Below the pieces are notes generated by a model. The model ran no database searches. It was given only the letters and a program-made list of their open reading frames with translations, and was not told where the DNA came from. Positions 32,742 to 46,002 of a stretch of 64,000 bases of DNA are shown in pieces. How positions within the stretch are numbered: the stretch's first letter is position 1; the number at the start of each line of letters is the position of its first letter. Origin of the DNA: the human T2T-CHM13v2.0 reference genome, Homo sapiens; NCBI GenBank assembly GCA_009914755.4, contig CP068257.2:32224001-32288000 (forward strand). The letters run 5' to 3'. The translations under genes were made by a program, and so were the position numbers.

Positions 32742-33148
32742 AAGGGTAAATATTTTCAAAGAGAAACTCTAAGGGCCCCATGGTTATATGTACACACTGT
32801 GATCCTGTGAGTCTGCATGTGTGGCTTGGGGTCCACCCTGCGATGTTAACATTTTGCCGGACAGATCACACAGCTTGCCCTGGACATTCAGGGTGTGGGG
32901 CTGGACTGAGACCTCAAGGATGGGACCATTCACTGCTTCCCGCAATGCCACCCACTGGAGCCATCAAGGAGTGGCCGTCATCTGCTACGTGATTGCCATG
33001 TGGGTGCTCAGAGCTGCGATTGCTCAAGTGGGCGCCGTCCATGAAAGGATGGTGCCCTGCCCCGCTGGGCCTGGTCCTGCAGGACCCTGGATCACAGGCC
33101 CACCCACATTGCCTAAAAGGAGGTGGTTGTTTTTATTCTCCTGTGTAG

Positions 33149-33316
33149 ATCCTGGAAAACACCCCTGAAAACCACCCGGACCACAGCCACTTGAAGCACG
33201 CCCTGGAGAAGGCGGAAGAGCTCTGTTCCCAGGTGAACGAAGGGGTGCGGGAGAAGGAGAACTCTGACCGGCTGGAGTGGATCCAGGCCCACGTGCAGTG
33301 TGAAGGCCTGTCTGAG
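33149..33316 (+). CDS. ITSN1: ITSN1 coding exon (C-terminal part of DH domain); symmetric 168 nt (56 aa); by exon count this is exon 35 of the long isoform
   Basis: Acceptor tgtgtag|ATC. Translation [56 protein letters not shown]. Donor GAG|gtagcc. Calibrated to ORF 33191..33475. Confidence 0.9.
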
Positions 33317-33478
33317 GTAGCCAACCTTGGGGCTGGGCCCTGGTCTCCCCCGGCAGAGCCTCGGCTGCCAGCCTGGAGGAGGACAAAGAAAAGCATGAAC
33401 CATTCTCCTCCCCAGCCGATAGCATCCTCATTTCCATCCAGCTGCTTCTCATCTGCTGTTTCATCCACCCACTGAGTA

Positions 33479-33774
<296 letters not shown>

Positions 33775-33837
33775 ATCCACTGAGTTTCTAATTTAAATTA
33801 TATCATTTCCCATTGCCAGAAGTTCTATTTATTTTCT

Positions 33838-34085
33838 CCTGTCTGCTGATTTCTTTCTTTCTCTCTCTTTCTCCCTTTTTCTTTCCTCTTTCTTTCTTTC
33901 CTTCTTTCTTTCTCTCTCTCTCCCTCTTTCTTTCTTTCCTTCCTTCCTTCTCTCTTTCTCCTTCCTTCCTCTCTTTTTTCTCTCTTTCTTTCCTTCTCTC
34001 TCTCTTTCTTTCTCCTTCCTTCCTTCCTTCCTTCTTTCCTTCCTTCCTTTCTCCTTCTCTTCTCTTCTTTTTTCTTTTCTTTCTT
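33838..34085. repeat. About 250-bp polypyrimidine (CTTT/CCTT/CTCT)n tract
   Basis: An uninterrupted C/T-only stretch on the plus strand. Confidence 0.95.
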
Positions 34086-34236
34086 TCAACAGGATCTTGC
34101 TCTGTCACCCAGGCTGCTGGAATGCAGTGGCACAATCCCAGCTCAATGCAGCCTGGACCACCTGAGCTCAAGTGATCTTCCCACTTCAGCATCCCAAGTA
34201 GCTGGGACCACAGGTGCATGCCACCATGCCCAGCTA
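34086..34236 (-). mobile_element. Alu right-arm fragment abutting a polypyrimidine tract
   Basis: 'caggatcttgctctgtcacccaggctgctggaatgcagtggcacaatc...ccaccatgcccagct'. Confidence 0.8.
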
Positions 34237-34324
34237 TGCTGGTTTCTTTCTTGTATCTTGTTTTTTGCTCAAATGTTAATCCTTCTTATTTATTTCTTAA
34301 CACATTTTAAACATAGATATTCCT

Positions 34325-34590
34325 GGCCAGGTGCCGTGACTCACGCCTGTAATCCCAGTGCTTTGGGAAGTGGAGGCAGGAGGCTAGTTTGTGTTCAAGA
34401 TCAGCCTGGAAACAGAGTGAGACCCTGTCTATACAAAAAAATAAAAAGTAAATTAGCTGGGTGCGGTGGTTCACACTTGAGGTGGGAGGATTGCTTGAGC
34501 CCAGGAGTTCAAGGGTAAGGTGAGCTATGATCACGCTACTATACTCCAGCCTGGGCAACAGAGCAGAATGTGTCTCAAAACAACAAACAG
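34325..34590 (+). mobile_element. Alu SINE (diverged)
   Basis: Starts ggccaggtgccgtgactcacgcctgtaatcccagtgctttgggaag. Its tail runs into an (ATAGAT)n repeat. Confidence 0.85.
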
Positions 34591-34632
34591 ATATAGATAT
34601 AGATGTAGATATAGATATAGATATAGATATAG
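34591..34632. repeat. (ATAGAT)n microsatellite
   Basis: 'gatatagatatagatgtagatatagatatagatatagatatag'. Confidence 0.9.
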
Positions 34633-34736
34633 AACCCATAACCTGAAGTTATGGGTGTTATTGTTTTGTCTGTTGTTTCTGCCAGCTCTTGCTAAACTTA
34701 CTACCTTGTTTCTTGTATTACGATTTTTGACTGTGA

Positions 34737-35099
<363 letters not shown>

Positions 35100-35552
35100 T
35101 GAAGTTGTATTCCTTCTGGAAGGACTGTTATTGTGATTATCCAAAACTATGTTTAGAGGGGTTTGGGCATCACAGCCCTTGTGTGAATCGTGGTTGTAAA
35201 CTTGCGTGAGAGCTACCTGATAAAGCACACATTCTCAGGGCACGTTTTCCTTCACTACACCAAGGTCAAAAACAGAAATGTTTTATTGCTCATCCCCTCT
35301 GAGCTTGAGTTTACCTGTCACTCCTCCTCTGGGTTCATCTTTTTGTGAAGATCTCCTAGTAGACCCCTCACGTTGGCTCTGGATGCACCTGTTTCTGCAC
35401 CCTATGTAGTGAGTAAAATGCAAGGTCAGCGTCAGCAGATTCAAGAGAGACCCTCAAAGCTATAGTGGCACTGGCTTTCGGTGATCTTCCAAGGTTCCTA
35501 TTTTCGTTCTGTTTTCAGCCTCTGCAAATTTCTTACTTTGTTTCTATTTTGT

Positions 35553-35573
35553 GTGTGTGTGTGTGTGTGTGTG
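35553..35573. repeat. (GT)10 microsatellite
   Basis: 'gtgtgtgtgtgtgtgtgtgtg'. Confidence 0.9.
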
Positions 35574-35685
35574 CCAGTTTTCTTGGAGTTAAAAAGTGGA
35601 TTTTTGCATTTTTCTGTTTTTTTAAAGTTTTTGTTGGGTGAGTCATTCTGAGTATCTAGTCCACTCTACTTCCAGCAACAGAAGT

Positions 35686-35745
35686 CTCTCTCTGTCTCTC
35701 TTTCTCTTTCTCTCTCTCTTTGTGTGTGTGTGTGTGTGTGTGTGT
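35686..35745. repeat. Compound (TC)n(TG)n microsatellite
   Basis: 'tctctctgtctctctttctctttctctctctctttgtgtgtgtgtgtgtgtgtgtgtg'. Confidence 0.9.
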
Positions 35746-35751
35746 GTTTGT

Positions 35752-36072
<321 letters not shown>

Positions 36073-36766
36073 TAACCTTTCCTTTGGTCTCATTCATTCT
36101 TTTTGCCCATTTTTTCTCTCTCTTTCTGTATACACATGTGCTTGTGCCTGTACACACATACATACATGCATGTATGCACACACATACACCATTCACTAGG
36201 GTTTCCCAAAATGACCAGCGAGAATGTGTCTCCCTCATCCACTCCTCCTGTGGTTTCTTCCCTCTCATAAGCTGCAAAGGCCATCACCACCTGAGGGAGT
36301 CACCATGACTGGTTCCTCCACGGCCCCATCTCCTGTCCACCTTCAGTGTTGGTGTGGGATGAGCAAAGGTGTGGAAGCAGCCCCGTGGAAGCCGAGAGGA
36401 CAGCTGTGGGCTCCCATTTTGGGATTTTGTGTTGCTCTGCTGTCAGTGGGTGGCTCATTTATTCGCTCATCATCATTCATTCAATAAGCACTTAGTGAGT
36501 AACCACCCATGTGCCACGGCTCAGTACTAAACCCTGGGACATAAAAACAAATAAGATGTGACTCCCACTCTCGAGGAGCTTATGGTCCAGGAGGAAGCTG
36601 GGGGTTAAACCAACATTTACAACAAGATGTGAGGGGTAAGGAGGCAGAGCTAGGTGCCAAGTGCTGTGGCGACATGTGACAGGAGCAAGGGACAGTTGTA
36701 CGGGGGACTCTCGGGCCCTGGAGGTGATGCTTGACTGCGTGTTGCAGGATGAAGCATTGGAGGCAG

Positions 36767-37079
<313 letters not shown>

Positions 37080-37365
37080 TTAGGAGTGGAGGACCATTCT
37101 GAGATTCTGAGCAGGGCATTGGTGAGGATTGCAGAGGAATGATGGGCCACAGGGCTGCAGGGCAGGCTGAGGCCCAGCCGAGGAAGGCCTGTGTATAATG
37201 CAAAGGAACATTAACTTGATCCTGAAGACAAGGGACTCAAGCAGCCCCTGCACTGCCACGCAGAAATGCCGACACACAGTCATGTGCACTTTAGAAAGGG
37301 CCCTTCCCCGACTCTGACAGCTGCCATCAGAGGGACACAGTGAGGCCGGGATCTGAAGATGTTAA

Positions 37366-37839
<474 letters not shown>

Positions 37840-38825
37840 TAGGATCACGGTGTGGACCATGCGTGGCCCAGGTCTGGACACACACCAGTGATTAAGTTTC
37901 AAACAGATGCTGTTTTTGGCATTCCTGTCTGAAGATAGAGAAGTTTAAATACTGTTCCCAGTTCATGCATATTCAGTGTTATCTTGGCCAATTAGAGGCT
38001 TTGAGTATGAATGAACGAGAGCACCTTTATGTCATTGGATCCAATGACACTTGCCTTCTCTGGATTATTTGCGCCCACGTGGCTTGAACCCTGTCTTGGC
38101 AAGCAGGAAGGGCTGGTTGGTCTCCAGGCTCCTGCCTGGAGTGCAGAGGTGAAGAATGTTCTTTGAAGGTTCCTGTTGTGGCACCACCTTCGGTCTTTCT
38201 TGGGCTCTCAGACCCTCCACAGGAGGTCAGAGGTCATCTTTCCTCCTCGTGGCTGACAGCAGAGTGCAGTGGCCCCTTTCCAGCTGCCTTTAGCTCTCCA
38301 CTCACAGAAGTGCCACTGTTTCTCCTGTATTGGAGATGGACAGGTGGCCATCAGCTTCTTTTGGGGGACACATGTTACGAACCTATCACTCCTTCACAAA
38401 TACTCTCTTCAGAGAGGGGTCCATAGGGCTCGTAGCTCAGGACAGAGCTCCGGAGCGCCCCCCAGGCCAATTGTGTGGGCAGATGGGGAGCGTGAGGGGC
38501 TGGCCTCGGACTGGGTCATCTTACTCCTGGCGCGCAGCCATGGCCTTGCTATCCTTGGCCTCTCCCCTTGCTGTCAAAAAGGGGGCCTCTGTGGGATCAT
38601 CTCCACCTCAGTGCCCTCTGCCCCTTCAGAACCTAGTGGAGGTGATGGACCCCCGAGAGGTGTTAGAGCCGCGTTTCAGCGCCCACCGTGTCTCTAAGGG
38701 TCAGTGGAGGGAGGGAGCTGTTCCCTTCCTGTTTGCTGAGCGGGTGAGTCGGGTGAGGTTTCATGTGCGCAGTACAGTGTCTGTTCTGTTTGGCACTGGA
38801 GGGTCGCTCAACACCACTGATTTAC

Positions 38826-39295
<470 letters not shown>

Positions 39296-39398
39296 TCATG
39301 CACAGACCCTGCACAGAGCAGGGAGTCCCCAAGGTGGGAGCCAGGTGGGCACTTTTCTTTCTGCTGCCCCATTTCCCCAGTAAATAAAAAAGAGAAAT

Positions 39399-39677
39399 GG
39401 CCAAGCCCAGTGGCTCACACCTGTAATCCCAGTATTTTGGGAGCTTGAGGTGGAACGATCGCTTGAAGTCAGAAGTTCAAGACCAGCCTGGGCAAAGTAG
39501 GGAGACCCCATCTCTACAAAAGTTTTTTTCACATGTGTTGGGGGGCTGAGATGGGAGAATTGCTTGAACCTGGGAGGTCAAGGCTACCTGAACTATGATC
39601 ACACCACTGCACTCCAGCCTGGGCAACATAGTGAGACCCTGTCTCAAAAAAAAAAAAAAAAAAAGAAAAGAAAAAAC
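39399..39677 (+). mobile_element. Alu SINE with a diverged middle
   Basis: Starts ggccaagcccagtggctcacacctgtaatcccagtattttgggagc. The right arm runs through to an A-rich tail. Confidence 0.8.
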
Positions 39678-39943
39678 ACACCAATTGCACCATAAGACAC
39701 TGGCATGCTCCTAGAGGAAAAGCCTTAGAAATTACCATTGAGACTCTTCTTGATACTTGGAATCCCCTGAACTGTGCCTTTGTCTGACTTTGATCTCTTG
39801 GCTCCAAAGTCTTCAAAGCTATCCTTGACTTTTGCCTGAGATCCGAGTCTGCTGGGGCCTGGCCTCTGATTCTGATGGAGCCCATGCTTTCAGATGCGGA
39901 GAAACAAAAATGCTACACTTTGGGTTTTGTTTTCCTTTCTCAG

Positions 39944-40156
39944 CAACTTGTGTTCAATTCAGTGACCAATTGCTTGGGGCCGCGCAAATTTCTGCACAGT
40001 GGGAAGCTCTACAAGGCCAAGAGCAACAAGGAGCTGTATGGCTTCCTTTTCAACGACTTCCTCCTGCTGACTCAGATCACGAAGCCTTTGGGGTCTTCTG
40101 GCACCGACAAAGTCTTCAGCCCCAAATCAAACCTGCAGTATAAAATGTATAAAACA
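39944..40156 (+). CDS. ITSN1: ITSN1 coding exon (DH–PH linker and start of PH domain)
   Basis: Acceptor tttctcag|CAA. Translation [71 protein letters not shown]. Donor ACA|gtaagt. Calibrated to ORF 39875..40231. Confidence 0.9.
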
Positions 40157-41014
40157 GTAAGTTGGATTCTAGATTTTGCATTATCAGGGTTGACGTGTTT
40201 GGGGAGGAAGAAGTTTCCAAAAAGGAGGTAGAGTTTTAGCAGGGTCAGGGGCTGTGGCATGCAGGAGAAGGCCAGGAGTTGAAATGCGATTTAGGGTGTC
40301 CGGAGTGGAGGACGATCCATATCCCGCCGCAGTGTCAGTGACACTCAGTGCTATCGGTGGAACATATTGGCTGCCAAATGGCTGCTGTGGTCCCCTGGGA
40401 TGTGACAGAGGCATGCTTTAGCCTGTAGGAGCGAAGTCTAGGGTACAGATGAGGCAGGTGTGAAAAAGCTCGGGAGAAGAGGTGCAAAACAGCACCCAGG
40501 GCCCACCGTCGCCTCCAAACAGTCCTAAGTCCCCTGCCAGACTTCTCCAGGTAGCTTGAAACATCCGAGCCCCCTCCTTTCTAGCAAAGTCTCTCTAAAC
40601 AGTTGATACGTGGAGAATTTCCCTCAGCTGTTTATATGGTCTGCTCATACGTGCATGGCTGTGTTTGTGTGTCTTTGTGTCACGGGACGTTGTTTTTCTA
40701 AATTTGTCTGCATGGGGGTGTTTTTACAGAAGAATTTTCTCTGAGGCAGCAGTTAGCTTTATTATGGGAAAAAAAAGAGCTATGTAGTTATATAGTTACT
40801 AGAAACTTCATGTGAAAATCTTTGGAGGGAATTGCTTGATGTAAAGTGGATGAAAACTGCTGTTTAGAATACACCAGGAAAAGCGACACCAGCCAGATCT
40901 TATTCTGAAAGACTTAAAACATACCCGCAAAATCGCGGGCGGGGGAACCCATATTTATCATATTTATAATTTGTAATATGTAAAAGTTGATGCTAACCCA
41001 AAATTATTATTCTG

Positions 41015-41225
41015 GGATTCTTTACTGGAAAACACACACGCCCTTAGTCTGGTTTACTGGAACACACCCAGAAACACACACACATGCTCAGTCTAGGTTA
41101 CTGAAACACACGCACGAGTGTGCACACACGCGCTGACTTGCAGTCTCGTTTACTAGAACACATTGGCATAAGTGTGCTCACACACTCACGGTTTACCGGA
41201 GCACACAGACCCCCAGCCTCGCTTT
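41015..41225. repeat. Degenerate CA-rich tandem repeat of about 45-bp units, roughly 5 copies, ending 25 bp upstream of the exon at 41251
   Basis: Recurring unit '(t)ggtttactggaacacac..cacaca..agtc' read directly from the sequence. Confidence 0.7.
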
Positions 41226-41250
41226 GTAATGCCTGTGTGTTACTTTCCAG

Positions 41251-41372
41251 CCTATTTTCCTAAATGAGGTTCTAGTAAAATTACCCACCGACCCTTCTGG
41301 AGACGAGCCCATCTTCCACATCTCCCACATTGACCGCGTCTATACTCTCCGAGCAGAAAGCATAAATGAAAG
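41251..41372 (+). CDS. ITSN1: ITSN1 coding exon (PH domain), phase 0 in, phase 2 out
   Basis: Acceptor tactttccag|CCT. Translation [40 protein letters not shown](R). Donor AG|gtgaga. Confidence 0.9.
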
Positions 41373-41568
41373 GTGAGACCTGCCGCCTCCCCAGCATGGG
41401 CCCCAGGGCTCCACGGCTCTAGGACACACAAGGGGCGGGTGATTAATCAGGTGCCAATGTTTCCCAAGTGGCAATGCCATCACCCCTAGCTGGGAGTGGG
41501 GATGGGGCTATTACTTTTTTCTACAGCCTCTCAAAAATCTGTCACATGGCATGCCCTTTCCAAAATAA

Positions 41569-41909
<341 letters not shown>

Positions 41910-41936
41910 ATTGTTGTTGTTGTTGTTGTTGTTTTA
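41910..41936. repeat. (TTG)8 microsatellite
   Basis: 'ttgttgttgttgttgttgttgttg'. Confidence 0.9.
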
Positions 41937-42741
41937 TTAAGAAATGTTTCGCATTCTTTGAGGTAAACAGAGCATCTCAGGTTTCCCCTGGCTTCCCAGG
42001 TGGCAGAAACCAATAGGAAAGTAATTTCGGGGTTAATAGGACCACGCAAACCCAAACCTCTCCTCACCTTGGCTGACTTAAATGGGCATTCTGGAACCTA
42101 GGGCTGTGGGTATTTTGCTTCAATCTGTCTTCAAGACACTGCCCTGGAGCCAAATGAAATAGATCATTTTCTGAAGGGTGAACTTGACACAAGGCCAGCA
42201 TCATTCCAAAGAGCATTTGCACCAAGCAAGAAAATTGGCTAAAGCTTTTGTGCATATGGTTCTCAGAAAAAATGAAGGAGAAAACCGCGGCCACAAATGC
42301 CTTCCCCCAAGGCGTTTTGGTCTTTCGTGTGAAGTGGTTCCCAATCTGGGAAGTGGTTTTTGTTCTTTCTTTGCGTGATTTCATAAGCGAGATCCTTCTG
42401 GCTTTGTTGGATTAGGCAAATATGTGCTGCTCTTCGGTAAGGAAGGAAGAGGAGTCGTGTCCCGATGTTGCCTCCAAGACAGCATCTATCACAGATTTTC
42501 TTCCCCGGGGACATCATCGCAGGTCTTGAGGACATCCATGGAAATGGCCCTCATGCCTTTCTTATCGATGGCAGGAATAAGTATTAGCGTCACGTGACAT
42601 AAAATCAGATTTTCTTTCCCGAGCCTTTGTTGTTAAAATCAAATGAACAAAGAAACAGAGTCCTGGCAACAGTGTTTGAACAGACCTGAAGCCTTTTTCC
42701 TGAGTTTCTGTTTGGCAACTTTCTGTCTTTTTCTGTCCAAG

Positions 42742-42824
42742 GACTGCCTGGGTGCAGAAAATCAAAGCTGCTTCTGAACTCTACATAGAGACTGAGAAAA
42801 AGAAGCGCGAGAAAGCGTACCTGG
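42742..42824 (+). CDS. ITSN1: ITSN1 coding exon (end of PH domain)
   Basis: Acceptor tgtccaag|G. Translation (R)[27 protein letters not shown]. Donor CTGG|gtaatg. Confidence 0.88.
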
Positions 42825-43138
42825 GTAATGCATGGCCCCGCGGGGTGTCCTGCACAGCTGGGCAGGAGGGAGGGCCATTTGGCTGGGCTGAAAATCCTCA
42901 GAATAGAAGAATCCCCTGGACCTAGAGGAGGGGCATGGAATGAGATGGAAGTGAGCTTGGGGTGGGATGCAGATGGGGATGGAGGGCAAATTCCAGGAGC
43001 AAGGAAGCAAGTGTTTAAGGAGAGGGAAGAATTACTTTTGAGTCGGGAGAGGTACATGAAATGCATTGTGAGGCTCACAGAGATGGGAAAGGTGTGGCAC
43101 GTTCAAATGAAGCATTTTGTGTTTTTCCTGCCGTCATA

Positions 43139-43222
43139 GTCCGTTCCCAAAGGGCAACAGGCATTGGAAGGTTGATGGTGAACGTGGTTGAAGGCATCGA
43201 GTTGAAACCCTGTCGGTCACAT
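43139..43222 (+). CDS. ITSN1: ITSN1 coding exon (start of C2 domain)
   Basis: Acceptor cgtcatag|TC. Translation (V)[27 protein letters not shown](G). Donor CATG|gtaagg. Confidence 0.88.
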
Positions 43223-43626
43223 GGTAAGGCTGTGAGGCGCCCCCGGCTCCTGCTTTGGGGTTGGGAGTAGGGTCCGGGTTCCCCACACCCCCACCTGGCT
43301 CTAGATCAAATGTGCTATTTCCATACTCCCTGATCTCCTTCCAGAATTGGTTTAACTAGCACTTGTTAAAAACCTGGAGGTTTTGTGTTTTTTTTTCCAT
43401 CCTTTCTACCATTCTGCTTCTCCGAGGGATCTGAGTGGCTGCATTCACAGTGGATGTGACACAAGATCAGGCCAAAGTAACGAGACAGGAAGGGCCTAGT
43501 TTCAAAGCCCACTCAATTAAGTATTTGTTTTTAGTTTAAGGATGAAGCTGACTTCTGGGAGTTTCCACCCGGATTCTCCACCGAATGACACTTATTAAGC
43601 ATAGCAGTTATTAAGAGTGGGGAGCG

Positions 43627-43938
<312 letters not shown>

Positions 43939-43987
43939 TCAAAATGAGGTGTGAGTTCCACCTGGCGAAGGCTTTTGTTCCCTCCAG

Positions 43988-44161
43988 GAAAGAGCAACCC
44001 GTACTGTGAGGTGACCATGGGTTCCCAGTGCCACATCACCAAGACGATCCAGGACACTCTGAACCCCAAGTGGAATTCCAACTGCCAGTTCTTCATCCGA
44101 GACCTGGAGCAGGAAGTCCTCTGCATCACTGTGTTCGAGAGGGACCAGTTCTCACCAGATG
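43988..44161 (+). CDS. ITSN1: ITSN1 coding exon (C2 domain)
   Basis: Acceptor ccctccag|GA. Translation (G)[57 protein letters not shown](D). Donor GATG|gtgagt. Calibrated to ORF 43951..44274. Confidence 0.9.
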
Positions 44162-44735
44162 GTGAGTGGAACGCGGCCCTGTGGTTATTCCTCCTTCCCT
44201 GGCACTCGTTTGCGTGGGTTAATGTTTTCTTACCTGGGGACTTGGTGCCAGGATTCCTTCGGTTTCCCTCCTGAGAGATGAGGCTGGCTGGCACAAGACG
44301 AGGCTCTGTCTCCCCTGGAGGAGTCTTCTGGAGGCGTCTCATTGCATGTGGACAGAGCATGCTTGGTCTAGAATTGTGCCAGCTGCCCTGGGCAAACACG
44401 TCCATCTTCTGCTTTCCAAAGCAGGTGACTGTGGAGAGGGGTGTGTTTAAGAGCCTCAGCATAGTTCTTCAGTCCTTGGCAAAAAGCTGTGCTGGCAATG
44501 GATGAAACTGGCCAATGGAACAAGGATGTTAGCCCACAACAGGAGCCGCAGAATGGGCCAGGTCCCTTTGGGTGGCATTTTTGTACCACTTATTAAGTAG
44601 GCAAAGGGATGCAGTCATGTTGAATGAATCATTTCTTCAGCCAGCCTTCTGTTTCTGCTTGGGCCTGGAAAAGAATAGTCTCAGCCCAATGATTCCAAGA
44701 AACTACCTGTCTCTCCCTCAACCCAATAAAAATCA

Positions 44736-45054
<319 letters not shown>

Positions 45055-45224
45055 TTATGGTCTCAACTTAATTATAACCGAAGAAGTGAGGGTCAAATGC
45101 TAGCATTATCTGTACAAGGTTTAAATGGCTCCATATGGCCTTCATCTTTTAGTACTTTTTATATGAATTATCTCATTGTGAGTTAGGTACTCGTTGTGGT
45201 AGCTGGTTAAATGTTTGAGTGTGA

Positions 45225-45610
<386 letters not shown>

Positions 45611-45853
45611 ACCTTCTAATTCTGAGAGATAAAGGTTGGGGTTGGGTTTTTTTTTTATTTAAGTAATGAAATACCATGACACATTGGCAACTCCGCTGGG
45701 GAGCGAGTTGGAAATCCTAGTGTTGGTTTACATCAGAGCCCAGAGAAGAAGGGAGAGCATAACAGTTCATCAGGGGGTCCCCAATATGCCAGACATGTGC
45801 CTCGAAGAGAGGGAATGGTCCCTCTTAGGAGGGTCTGTTTGTTCTCTTTTCAG

Positions 45854-46002
45854 ATTTTTTGGGTCGGACGGAGATCCGCGTGGCGGACATCAAGAAAGAC
45901 CAGGGCTCCAAAGGTCCAGTTACGAAGTGTCTTCTGCTGCACGAAGTCCCCACGGGAGAGATTGTGGTCCGCTTGGACCTGCAGTTGTTTGATGAGCCGT
46001 AG
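45854..46002 (+). CDS. ITSN1: ITSN1 terminal coding exon (end of C2 domain plus stop codon)
   Basis: Acceptor ctcttttcag|AT. Translation (D)[48 protein letters not shown], then TAG at 46000-46002. This is the known C-terminus of ITSN1-L. Confidence 0.9.

Noticed and set aside
33803-34219. Minus-strand 138-aa K/E/R-rich ORF '[18 protein letters not shown]...', and a plus-strand F/L/S-rich ORF.
   Set aside because: They are translations of the 250-bp polypyrimidine or polypurine microsatellite, not a gene.
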